A stretch of 64,000 nucleotides of DNA from Camelus dromedarius (taxonomy: Eukaryota). Shown here in pieces: positions 1 through 11,060 of the stretch. The stretch lies in contig NC_087452.1 of the NCBI RefSeq assembly GCF_036321535.1, positions 41,974,001-42,038,000 of the forward strand, given 5' to 3'. Positions within the stretch are counted from its first letter, which is position 1, and every line of letters starts with the position of its first letter. The notes under the pieces were generated by a model. That model saw nothing but the letters and a program-made list of their open reading frames with translations. It searched no databases and was not told the DNA's origin. Both the position numbers and the translations under genes were made by a program.

Positions 1-54
1 TGTTTTTATTTTCTTTAATTTTTTTTAATGTAAATTAATTAATGAATTTTTCTT

Positions 55-170
55 AACATTATGCTTTTTGGGTTTTGTTTAAGAAATCCTTCCCTATCCC
101 AGAATTAGGAAGATACTGATCTGTTATTTCTTATAAAAGAATTAAAGTTCTACTTTTAGTATTTGATGAT
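55..170 (-). mobile_element. Old L1 (L1M) ORF2 fragment
   Basis: 'tttaagaaatccttccctatcccagaattaggaagatactg...ttataaaagaattaaagttctacttttag' resembles antisense L1M ORF2 consensus (recalled). Confidence 0.55.
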
Positions 171-2014
171 AAAGGCTGAAATAGAACCACTTTATTGTGA
201 ACGATGATAATTCATGAAAATTTTGTAGATCAATGGTTTATTTTTATATTTGAGAGTCTGTGTGGGTGGGGACTGCTTATTTAGTCAATTTATCTGTTTG
301 TGTGATTTTTGTTTTGTTTTTCTTTTTCTCTGCATCCACTCCAAAAACATGCTAATGGGAGATTAGAACTTTTGACAATTTTCTAGCACACGACATCCTT
401 GCTCAACATTCTTTGCAAAGAGACAGGTGAATTACATCACAGAGAACACCAAGCATCATCTGGCTGCTAAATGACCCCAGATGGAACCAGCGCAGCAGGG
501 TGATGACCCAGCCCTTGTGTCTTCCAGGGGAAATGGCATTTTGGCTTCCCTCTTCCTCTCCCGGCTCCTCCCTTCCTCTCCTGGCTCTCTCTTCCCATCT
601 CCCATCCTCAAACCTCCCAGGTGGCTTTAATAACAACATTTGTAGGTGAACACAAACTCACACAGAAGATGCTCCAAACGTAACCAAGAAAAGGAACACG
701 GCCAGAGTTGGCCCAGGCAGGCTTTCCTCCTCTCCTCTCCTTCACCAAATGGTCTCAGCCACGAGTCCTTCATCCAGCTGGCATGGCAGCCTGAGTCCTC
801 ACGTGAGGACAGATGCTCTAGGATCCTCGGAGGTAATAGGGACCTCTGTGCTGCCATTCAGTGGACTCTGCCTGTTCCATGAAGGAGAATTGGGGAGAGG
901 GAACCGACTGGGCTCAGCGAGCAGTTGAGAACCTTGAAATCTCCGCTCTCTGCATCTTGACCTGATAAAGCAAGTTTTTGAGGAAGGGGACACAACTGTC
1001 CTAAGAGCATCTGCTCAGGCCTGATTACTGAGCCCACCTGTGCCTCTGGTCCTGCAGGTCCCACATCGGCAGTGCCCTTGTCCCCACGGAACATTACCCA
1101 CTCTTCACAGTCCAGCTCAAGGCTGCCTCCTTTATGGGACTTTCCTTGAGGACACCAGCCCTCTGGCCACAGCCCCTCCTCAACCCCAAGGTCCTTATGA
1201 CATAGTTTGGCCCTTAAAAATTTTCTCTTTTACTGCTGTCTTTCCCTGATTCTAAAGCCTTCCCTCAGCCTCCCATTTCAAGTTTCCAAAGCAGGGCTGC
1301 ATCTTAGCATCGAACAATACATTTATTATGAGAATGTTTCCCCTCCTCAGCCCCTGCCTGGAAAGCTGTCATTACATGGTAGCAATGTGGGAAGTGACGA
1401 AAGGTGGGGCTCGCTCACAGTGGTAACTGTAGCTGCAGGAACCAGACCTCAGCTCTGCCTTGTGCTCCCTGGTCTCCTGGACAATACTGAACATGCTCTT
1501 GTCTGAAAGGCCGGCGTGCAGGGGCAACGGCCAGGACAGGATGCTCAGGTCAGGGCCGGGATGACAGCTGCGTGTGGGCGGCAGTGGAAGAGTCATGCAC
1601 TGACACTGAGGTTGGCCCTCCAGGGGAACATCAGCTAGGCTGCCTGCAGCCAGCACCTGGTTGCCTTGTGCCCCTGCCAGGTACCACGTGAGGCAAAGGG
1701 AAGCAGAGAGGAGGCAGGCAGGGAGGGTGTGAGCAAAAAGCCAAGGTGTGGAGGAGAAAATGCCTGGATAAGAAGTGTGGGGACCTGGTGAGAGGGAACC
1801 TCTCTGACCCAGAGTTGGGTAGGACTGGGAGTGTCAAGAAATCCTCAGAGAGGAGGTGATCCTGGAAGGAAAATGAGACATTCAGCAGCTGATGGGGGAA
1901 TGGGAATCAGTTGGTGGAGATGATGTGGAGGGCTAACAGACAACTGCATGTCTGAGTGGCAGCAACAGACAAGGCGGAAAGCAAGGACTGTGACATCCAC
2001 GGTCCTGGTCGGAC

Positions 2015-2138
2015 AGAGTCCCAGCTCCATCTCTTACAGACTGTGCGACGCTGGTCACTTCACTTCATCTCTCTGAACCTGCTTTTCAGATGTAAAACAG
2101 GCTGCCAGAGTCAACCCTGCATGGCTGTTGTGAAGTTT
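2015..2138 (+). mobile_element. MIR SINE
   Basis: 'ctgtgcgacgctggtcacttcacttcatctctctgaacctgcttttcagatgtaaaac...gttgtgaagtttagaga' follows the MIR core order. Confidence 0.7.
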
Positions 2139-2439
2139 AGAGACCCCCGATGCCAAGCACCATGGAGAGCTCCTGGTCCTCAGTAAAAGCTAGCTGTGTC
2201 CACTGCATCAGCATCACATCAGCATCACCACTTGACAAAGGTCTGTGGGGCAAGATCCCAGGGGAGGGGGGGTGCTGCAGACAGAGAGGGCTGGAACCAG
2301 GTTGCAGGACCTCAGAAACCAGGTGAAGGCACATAACTGTGGGCATGGGGGACCATCATGAATTTTTAAAGCCAGCTTTAGGGTGAGAAGCCCAGAGGTG
2401 ATCTGAAGGACTAACAGGATGGAAAGGGAGGAGGATGGG

Positions 2440-2816
2440 ATCTTTGAGGGGCTGGTGCCCCCATCCCTCGGTTGCTTCCATCAGTCCACAACCGTTCTTA
2501 CAGAGAAATTCGCTTGGTCAAATGGGAGCCCTCTCACTCAGCAGATTTTATGCCCCACCTCATCTCCTCACTGGTAATATCTGAAGGGGGTACCCCTCGC
2601 CTTGAAGTGGGACAACTCTGGGTGTACATCATGCCCCCGAGCTCCCTGTAGGATCAGGTTGAGGCTCATCTCCAACTGACACATCTTTGCTCAGCAACTT
2701 CCTGGGCCCCACCCTGCTCCCCCTCATTCCCTCTCCTGAGAGCACCCCCACAGTGAACTCCTGAGCGAGTGAATCCAGATCTCGAGCTCTGTGCCCAGAG
2801 AACCCGAGCTCACACA
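2440..2816 (+). mobile_element. LTR16-like (ERVL) solo LTR
   Basis: 'gtgggacaactctg...gagctccctgtaggatcaggttgaggc...cctgagagcaccccc...agagaacccgagctcacaca' matches LTR16 and is similar to the second copy at 4459-5411. Confidence 0.7.
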
Positions 2817-2860
2817 GTAACTCAGTGTTACAAAGCATGTGGCAGCAGAAATACATACTT

Positions 2861-2898
2861 ACACACACACACACACATACACACACTACACAACACAC
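2861..2898. repeat. (CA)n microsatellite, (AC)8 then degenerate
   Basis: Seen directly. Confidence 0.9.
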
Positions 2899-3504
2899 AG
2901 ATCACACATGGACCTGGAAGTAAGGAGAGACAGAGCCCCTGCTTGCTCAACATCCCACCCTGAACCCCTTGGCATGCCCCGATCACAGATCATCATCCTG
3001 CACCCCTAGACTCTGTGAAGGGGTGTGAAGGCAGCAGGGATCAGAGAGGGAGGCTGTGGCCAGGGAAGCCTTTGAACCGAGGTGAGGAGGGATGCCCACA
3101 GCCCTGTGGAGCCTGTGAATACCAACCTCTTACTGGGAGAGGAATGTGGCAGAGAACGCAGCATTATGATAGCTGCAAAAGGTCTCGAAAACAACCAATC
3201 CAGCCCTGAGAGCTCCCAGGAGATGCTTCCGACCAGCATCTGGCCCACATGACCAACCCTGGGTGTGTGATGTATTGTGTGATGATGTGTCCTCATGCTC
3301 GTCTCACCCCTCACAGTGTGAGATCAAACGACAAGGGGGTGGGGGTGGGGCAGCAATCAGATTCCCAAGGCAGCTCATTCCACATTAGCTTTGACCTGTA
3401 TTTCTTTAAGACTGTAGTGATGCTATAAATATTTATTTTCAGTTGGGTCTGACAGTGGTTTTAAAAAATTACTGTTTTAAAGCATCATGTCAAAAAGTAT
3501 TCTG

Positions 3505-4337
3505 AGTAGTATTCCGTTGTATAAATATAACACAACTTCTTTGTCCAGTCATCTATCAATGGACATTTAGGCTGCTCCCATGTCTTGGCTATCGTAAACA
3601 GTGCTGCTATGAATACTGAGGCACATGTATCTTTTCGCATTGGCGTGTTCTCCAGACATATGCCCAGGAGTGGGACTGCTGGATCATATAGTAACTCTAT
3701 TTTTAGTTTGTTAAGGAATCTCCATATTGTTTTCCATAGTGGCTGCACCAAATTACATTCCCAACAGCATTGTAGGAGGGTTTCCTTTTCTCTGCACCCT
3801 TTCCAGCACTTATCATTTGTGGACTTTTGAATGANNNNNNNNNNNNNNNNNNNNNNNNNNNNNNNNNNNNNNNNNNNNNNNNNNNNNNNNNNNNNNNNNN
3901 NNNNNNNNNNNNNNNNNNNNNNNNNNNNNNNNNNNNNNNNNNNNNNNNNNNNNNNNNNNNNNNNGTGAAGTAAATCAGACAGAAAGACAAATACCATATG
4001 ATGTTACTTATATGTGGAATCTTAAAAAATGACACAAATGAATTTATTTACAAAACAGAAACAGACTCACAGATTTAGAAAGCAAGCTTATGGTTACCAA
4101 GGGGAAAGGCTGGGATGGAAGAAGGGATAAATCAGGAGTTTGGGATTAGCAGATACAAACTTCTATATACAGAATAAACAACAAGGTCCTACTGTATAGT
4201 ACAGGGAACTATATTCAATAGTTTGTAATAACCTATAATGAGAAAGGATATGAAAAAAACCTATGTATAACTGAATCACTGTGCTGTACACCAGAAACTA
4301 ACACAACATTGTAAATCAACTATACTTCAATAAACAC
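3505..4337 (+). mobile_element. 5'-truncated, 5'-inverted L1 (artiodactyl-type 3' UTR)
   Basis: 3505-3834 is antisense ORF2p C-terminus ([19 protein letters not shown]...[12 protein letters not shown]). 3965-4337 is sense ORF2 end plus 3' UTR ending 'cttcaataaa'. TSD AAAAGTATTCTG at 3493-3504 and 4338-4349. Confidence 0.92.
3835..3964. other. N-run (130 bp) inside L1
   Basis: Seen directly. Confidence 0.99.
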
Positions 4338-4458
4338 AAAAGTATTCTGCATCTTCATGTTACCACATGTCCGTCATTAAACTTGGATTACTACTGAAGC
4401 CAGCGGTTTCCACTAAGGAGTTTCCATTCCATCCACTACAGATGGCAGGAGAGCTCCA

Positions 4459-5411
4459 TGTGGAGCATACGCTCTGAGTGTCCTGCCCAGGTGCCCTTCA
4501 CCAGCTGGTGCAGCCCCTCCCGCAGCTGCTCTAGGCATTGGCTACCACTGCTTACACCTAAGACCTCCTCGGGAGAACTGCCCTTGGCTGACAGGAGATG
4601 CCTGCCTGTGATGCCTTCTGATAGGCAGAATTGTTAAGATGATCCCCAATGCCCCAGCTCTTGTATAACGCACCCCTCAAGTGTGGGAAGGGCTGTAAAT
4701 AGGATACACATCATTCGTATTATGTTGCATTACATGGCAATGGTGAGGGGATTCTGCAGATGTAAAGGTCTCAAGTCAGCTGAATTTGAGTTTTTCAAAA
4801 GGGAGAGTATCTGGGTGGGCTCACTCAGGGGAACCCTTTAAAAGAAGGCTTAGTTCTTCCCTGAGCTAAGAGACCCAAGGCAGGAGGGACCCTCCTCCTG
4901 CTGACCTTGAAGAAGCCAGCTGCAATGATAGGAAATTCAGCCACCAACCACGCGAGCCTGGAAGAAGACACTAAGCCTCAGATAAGACCCGGCCGACACC
5001 TGGATCGTAGCTCTGAGGGCCTGAGCTGGGGGCCCAGGGGGCTGTGCTGACTCCTGACCCACAAAAACTGTGAGAAGATACATGGGCATTGTTTTAAACT
5101 ACTAAATATGTATTTTTTTTTTATGCAGTATAGAAAACTAGTATGTGCTCCAGTCCCCCGGCTGGCTGCGGCAGTGGTCTGACAGGCCATCCAGCTGGGC
5201 TCTGGGAGGAGAAGCTCTGGGGTGATTCACACTCCAAAGCTTCCTCATGGGATCAGGCCGAGGCTGGACTTTTCCTGAGACCACATCCTTCCTCACTTTC
5301 TTCTCTGCCTCCCTCTGTTTCCCTCCCTTCTGAGAGCACTCCCCCCAATAAATCTCTGGCAGGAATCCCCAGCTCGGATTCTGCTTCTGGGGAACTGGAT
5401 GCGAGAGACCA
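4459..5411 (+). mobile_element. LTR16-like solo LTR, split by an MLT1E insertion
   Basis: Left part 'gtgtcctgcccagg...ggagaactgcccttggctgacaggag' (4459-~4610). Right part 'gggatcaggccgaggctggac...ctgagagcactccccccaataaatc...gattctgcttctggggaac' (5145-5411). Confidence 0.75.
4619..5144 (+). mobile_element. MLT1E-like MaLR solo LTR
   Basis: Starts 'tgataggcagaattgttaagatg'; contains 'attctgcagatgtaaaggtc' and 'gctgaccttgaagaag'; ends 'tatgcagtatagaaaactagtat'. Confidence 0.85.
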
Positions 5412-6053
5412 CATAATAAATTCCACAATGAATTTGTTGGTTGCAGTCCCCTTAAAGAGGTGAGACAAGCTGGATAAAGGGCCAGGGATGACCCGGAACT
5501 TGTGTCTGCAAACTACGAGCAGATGCACATCAACAGTGGCCAAGTGTGGGGATGGTACGTGGACTATCATTCCAACCAGTCCTCTCCAATCCCCTCAGCT
5601 CAGGGTTTTACTGTGCCCTTTTTAAAATTTATTCTCAAAAAGACCAGAGCAAGCACTCCATGCATTAAAGACACAGATCAGCTCCAGGCCTCCTCAAGGT
5701 AAACCTTTTTTTTTTTTCCTTTTTCAGAGCTGCTCACAGAGCACCTTTGTCTCCTGTACATAAGGCACCGAGCTTTACAGAAGGCAAAGTGCTCAAAGGG
5801 CTTGGACTGGGCCTGTGCACAGGATTAGTAATGAGCTTCTCAGCCCTGAACAGGTGATGACCTACTGCTGTGGGTCATGTAAACCGTACACCTTTTTGCT
5901 TGTTTTACTACTTTCAACCAAAATTGTATCTTAAACCAGGGGTTCTTTACCTAAAAGAAAATTCAGGGGGTTTGTGAATTGGGATGGAAAAAAATATACA
6001 TGTCTTTATTTTTTATTAACTTCTCACTGAAATTTAGCATTTCCTCTTGTTGT

Positions 6054-6192
6054 NNNNNNNNNNNNNNNNNNNNNNNNNNNNNNNNNNNNNNNNNNNNNNN
6101 NNNNNNNNNNNNNNNNNNNNNNNNNNNNNNNNNNNNNNNNNNNNNNNNNNNNNNNNNNNNNNNNNNNNNNNNNNNNNNNNNNNNNNNNNNNN
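6054..6192. other. N-run (139 bp) covering the L1 5' junction
   Basis: Seen directly. Confidence 0.99.
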
Positions 6193-6612
6193 ATGGAAGG
6201 ACCTAGAGATTATCATACGAAGTGAACCAAGTCAGACAGAAAAAGACAAATATCATATGATATCACTTATATGTAGAATCTGAAAAATAATACAAAATGA
6301 ACTTAATTACAAAACAGAAAGAGACACACAGACATAGAAAACAAACTTATGGTTCCCAAAGGGGGAAAGGCCAGGGAGCAGGAAGGGATAAATTAGAAGT
6401 TTGATATTAACCTAGACAAACTATTATATGAAACAGATAAACAATAAGGACCTATTGTATAGCACAGGGAACTATATTCAGTATCTTATAATAAACTACA
6501 ATGGAAAAGAATCAGAAAAAGAATATGTATGTACAACTGAATCACTTTGCTGTACACCTGAAACTAGCACAACATCGTAAATTAACTAGACTTCAATAAA
6601 TAAGTAAATAAA
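6193..6612 (+). mobile_element. L1 3' end (ORF2 end plus 3' UTR, artiodactyl-type)
   Basis: Translates WKDLEIIIRSEPSQTEKDKYHMISLICRI; 3' UTR homologous to 3965-4337; tail 'aataaataagtaaataaata'. Confidence 0.92.
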
Positions 6613-7879
6613 TAGAGGCAGCAAATCACAGAAGTATCAGACAGAGCTGTAACTGCCACCTATAGAAATCTGACACCTTGTCATGTCATATTACAGTTGC
6701 AGAGTCCTCAAAATATTGTTTATGCTCCTTCATGCTTCAAGAGATCTCATTATTTGATGCATTAAAAAAAAAGCAGGTATATCACTATAGCATAAATGTG
6801 GGTTTTCTTTTTAATATTTTGATAGCTGACTGTCAGTGTAATTGGTTTCTTTATAATTCAGTGTATTTTATTGTATGCACTTAAAAACATTATTCTGAGA
6901 AGGGGTCTGTAGGCTTCCCCCAACAGCCAAAGGGGTCCACGCATAAAAACAATCAAGGACTTTTGTCTTAGCAGGAAACCATACAATGAGAGAGACCATC
7001 CTGTGGTTTCTGAAATGCTTCAAAATATGCTTCAAAAACTGTAGAAAGAAATGTGTTGTTTCAGTCCTCACAGGATATATGAACTCACCGGTCTCAGCAG
7101 TTCAAAATATACCGTCCATTACATTTTATGACAGGTTCAAGGCCTGAGCTCAAAATCACCCCAGGGCTCCCAGGGTTTTAAGAATTTGGTCCTGGATAGG
7201 TATTTTGGGCCAGGGTACCACAGAGCAGCTGCGATGCTGGGAGTTACATGAAAGCATCTGGTTCCCTGTGTGAGCGCACAGAAGGGGCAGGGTGGTGAGA
7301 GGGGGCTCTCTGGGCTGCATGTAGAGTTCACTGCTTTTACAAAAAGAATCTTGACCTCTCCAGGGCAGGCCTGCTGCTTCATGAGCCCTGAGAGGGTACC
7401 TAGAAAGCTGAGAAGCTTGCCCTGGACCTCGGTGGTATGTGAAAACCCTGAACCGTGACTCAGATGAAGAGAGTCAAAATACCGACCCCACAAGATTTCC
7501 AAGTGCCTCAAACCACAGCGGGCCTATGTGCCCAGTTTAGGGGAGAACTGAGCCAGTACAGTTGCTTTGAATGATCAGCAGCTTAGCTTCATTCACTTCA
7601 TTAGCAAGAGAAGAAAGTAGCTCCTTTTAAACCTGTGATAAAACAAGGTCATTAAAATTCCAGTGGATTTCATTAAAACTCCTTCACTCTTTGGTCTATT
7701 CCATTCTCCTCCTGGCCACTCTGTTTCCACTGGTTTTGGCAAAGATCACCAACGGCTGCCATGTTGCTCAATCCAATGGACACCCTACCCCTTCCCTCTC
7801 CTCATCTCTCCAGACCCCCACAGGCATTCCAGACCATGGAATCTCTTCTGGAATCTCATGTTTCCCTGACTCCTCCAGG

Positions 7880-8080
7880 GGATGTCTCACTCCTCCAGCC
7901 CCCACTGTTCCTTGTCCTTCTGAGATGACATCTAAAGCAACACATGGCATTTATTAGTTAACATGTCCCCTCTCACCCCCCAAACTAGACTGAACTGTTT
8001 GGGAACAGAGGCCATGGTCCCAGGGCATGGAAGACAGAGCAGACACTCAATAAACATTTCCTGAGATGTATGTGAACTGA
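7880..8080 (+). mobile_element. L2 3' end
   Basis: 'aaactagactgaactg...cagacactcaataaacatttcctgagatgtatgtgaa' resembles the L2 terminus. Confidence 0.55.
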
Positions 8081-8689
8081 AATGGACATCAACCCCCCAA
8101 AGGAAGGCACTGGTGAATTGGAGATCACCCCGCTGAGAAAGGTAGCTTTCCTCCCAGACGGATCCTACACCCACAGTTAGTGTGTGATACACGCATAAAC
8201 CTCCTACTAATAAACATTTATCTGAACCTTCACCTCTTGGCTCTACCATGACTTCCTTTCAGTGTTTCGGTATCACCCTTCCTTACTGCCTGTCTTTTCA
8301 AATCTTCTGTCCTTAATCTTGGCTATTTTAAACATCCGTAAGCACCAAAAGAAGCAATGTCATAGCTATCCACGAAAACCTTATTAAACGACTTAATAGA
8401 TACCATTTAATATACCTCTGAGCTAGAGCTTTTGGGTTTACTGGATACTGTGGGATCTTAATCCAGTAATAAAAAGAGACAGACACCCGGTTCTTGTTCG
8501 TGGGAAAGGGAGGGAACACTGGCCAACAGATGCTCTGAGTAGGTCTCTTTTCCTTTCGATCTCTTTAGCACTGGCACCTGTCACATTTGAATTCAACTAA
8601 CACTGATCAATCACCATCGCCCACGACTGGGCCACATACTTTTATAGGTTAACTGGCATAATCTCACCACAGATATTTTTTCCCCAAAT

Positions 8690-9991
8690 GGTGAAACTCC
8701 TAAAATTCAGATGGAATCACAAAGAACTCTGAACAGCCAAAGCAATCCTAAGAAAGAAAAACAAAGTTGGAGTCATCATACTTTCTGATTTCAAAGTACA
8801 CTACAAAGCTGTAATAATCTAAGTAGTCATTACTGGCATAAAAACAGACACACAGACCAATGGATCAGAACTGCTCAGAAATAAACCCAAACCTATGCTA
8901 GTATTTGACAACTAATTGGTCAACTAATATTTGACAACAAAGGCAAGAATATTCAACGGTGGAAATGTCCCTNNNNNNNNNNNNNNNNNNNNNNNNNNNN
9001 NNNNNNNNNNNNNNNNNNNNNNNNNNNNNNNNNNNNNNNNNNNNNNNNNNNNNNNNNNNNNNNNNNNNNNNNNNNNNNNNNNNNNNNNNNNNNNNNNNNN
9101 NNNNNNNNNNNNNNNNNNNNNNNNNNNNNNNNNNNNNNNNNNNNNNNNNNNNNNNNAGTACAAACAACATAAGCAAAAACAAACAAGCAGTACTACTGCA
9201 GTCTAAAAAGCTTTTGCACATCCAAAGAAATTATCAACAAAATGAACAGACAATGTACTGAGTGGGAGAAGATATTTGCAAACCATATATCTAGTAAGGG
9301 GTTAATATCCAAAATATATAACGAAGTCGTACAACTGAACAGCAGAAAAACAAATAACCTGACTTAAAAATGGGCCAAGGACCTGAGCAGACATTTTTCC
9401 AAAGAAGATACACAGATAGCCAAAAGGTGTTCACAAAAAGATGTTCAAAATCACTCACCAGGGAAGTTTAACTCAAAACCACAATGAGATATCACCTCAC
9501 AGCTGTCAGAACAGCTGTTACCAAAAGGACAAGAGATACGTTGGTGAGGATGTGGAGAAGGGAACCGTCCTACACTGCTGGTAGGAACGTAAACTGGTGC
9601 AGCCACTGTGGAAAACAGTGTGAAGGTTCCTCAAAAAATTAAAAACAGAGCCACTGTGGTTGCCAGAGGTGGGGGTGGGGGAAGGAGGAAGGGGGTCAAA
9701 CGTACAAACTTCCAGTGACAAGGTGAATTAAGTTCTGGGGGTCTAGTGCACAGCATGGTAACTACAGTTAACAGTAAGGTATTATATACTTGAAAATTAA
9801 TAAGAGAATAGATCTTAAATGTTCTCACTATACACAAAAAAAGAAATTGGAGCTATATGAGGTGATGGATGTGCTAACTAACCTTATTGTGGTAATCACT
9901 TTGCAGTATATACATATGTTAAATCATCATGCTATACACGGTAAACTTACACAATGTTATGTATCAATTATATCCCAATAAAACTGGAAAA
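8690..9991 (+). mobile_element. L1MA9-like L1 (ORF2 3' part plus 3' UTR), internally deleted
   Basis: 'cctaaaattcagatggaatcacaaag', 'gggagaagatatttgcaaaccatatatc', 'gatcttaaatgttctcac', ending 'tatcccaataaaactggaaaa'. Many stops and frameshifts. Confidence 0.88.
8973..9156. other. N-run (184 bp) inside L1
   Basis: Seen directly. Confidence 0.99.
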
Positions 9992-10248
9992 TTTTTGAAA
10001 TCTAATTTTGGAGATATAACAAGCCTTTCAACCCAGTCAGCCTATCTAGCCCTGTCCCTCCTCATGCTGTAAACAAGACTCCCCATCCATACTTATGAAC
10101 CTTGCCTTGGACACTTAGCTCTTCCTCTTCCCCCAGCCACAGTTCAAGGTGGATCCCAGTTCCCCTCCTCCAAGACATTTTCCCCAAGTGCCTCTCTGTC
10201 ACCCAGTAACAACCACCATTACTGCCACTTGTTTGGGCATTCACTTAT

Positions 10249-10745
10249 TGTTACAGATTGTATGTCCCAAAGATGGTTGCAAAAAATCTCCCACTCCACA
10301 TGTCCTTCTGCAATGTGACCTTGTTACGCCCTCCATCAAGAGGTGAAGTCTAATTCTCCTCCTTTGGAATCTGGGGTTGTGGGGGGTGGTCTCAGGACTT
10401 AATTGTAACCATTATGACACAATGGGAGTGATGCACTATGATTTCCAGGCCAGGTCAGAATAAGCCAAGTGGCTTCCACCTAGTGCTCTTGGGATGCTTG
10501 CTCTGGAAGAAGCCGATAGCCATACGGGACGCAAGCCCCCCAGCTACCATGTTGTAGGTGCCAGCCCCAGCTGTTCCAGCCCTCGCCCTGTTCTCTGATT
10601 CCTCAGCATCAGAGAGCAGAGGTGAGCTACTCCCAATATGCCCTGTCCAAATCCCTTGCCCATAGAAATTTTGAGCACAATAAAAAAGCTGTTTACACCA
10701 TTAAGTTTAGGGTGATTTGTTACACAACAGTAGTTAACTGAAACA
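10249..10745 (+). mobile_element. MLT1H-like MaLR solo LTR
   Basis: TG...CA ends: 'tgttacagattgtatgtcccaaagatgg' to 'taagtttagggtgatttgttacacaacagtagttaactgaaaca'. Confidence 0.85.
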
Positions 10746-10861
10746 ACCATATTTTGTGATGCACGGTTACCGACAAGTGGCATAAGTGGAGACCATGTCA
10801 TTCTTTGATAAATCTTCCACTGTCCTTGGCATAAGAGTGTGCATACAGGTTTTGAACAACT

Positions 10862-11060
10862 CACATTCAGTCATTCAACAAATACTTGTTAGGAATGCCC
10901 TTTGTGCAGGGCAGAGTGCAGTAGGGTTTACAAAGATGAGTAAGATATTTTACCTTGGAGGGAGATTACAGATTTTCTACAGATGGAGACAGGACCTGTT
11001 TACCAATAATTCTAACACAAACCTAAAGAGCTATAAAGCGCTATGAAAATGTATAGGAAG
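10862..11060 (-). mobile_element. L2 3' end
   Basis: 'cattcagtcattcaacaaatacttgtt...tgtgcagggc...acaaagatgagtaagat'. Confidence 0.7.

Larger units (their letters stand above)
5937..6965 (+). mobile_element. hAT-Charlie MITE (Charlie4a/MER80-like), split by an L1
   Basis: Starts 'caggggttctt...ttctcactgaaatttagcatttcc'; resumes ~6613; ends 'cattattctgagaaggggtctgtaggcttc...aaggggtccac'. Degenerate 8-bp TSD tcttaaac / tcttagca. Confidence 0.75.

Noticed and set aside
7089-7265. Minus-strand 177-nt pseudo-exon (CAG| acceptor at 7266, ACCG|GTGAGT donor at 7088)
   Set aside because: Stop codons occur in all three frames; such site pairs are common by chance; no other support.
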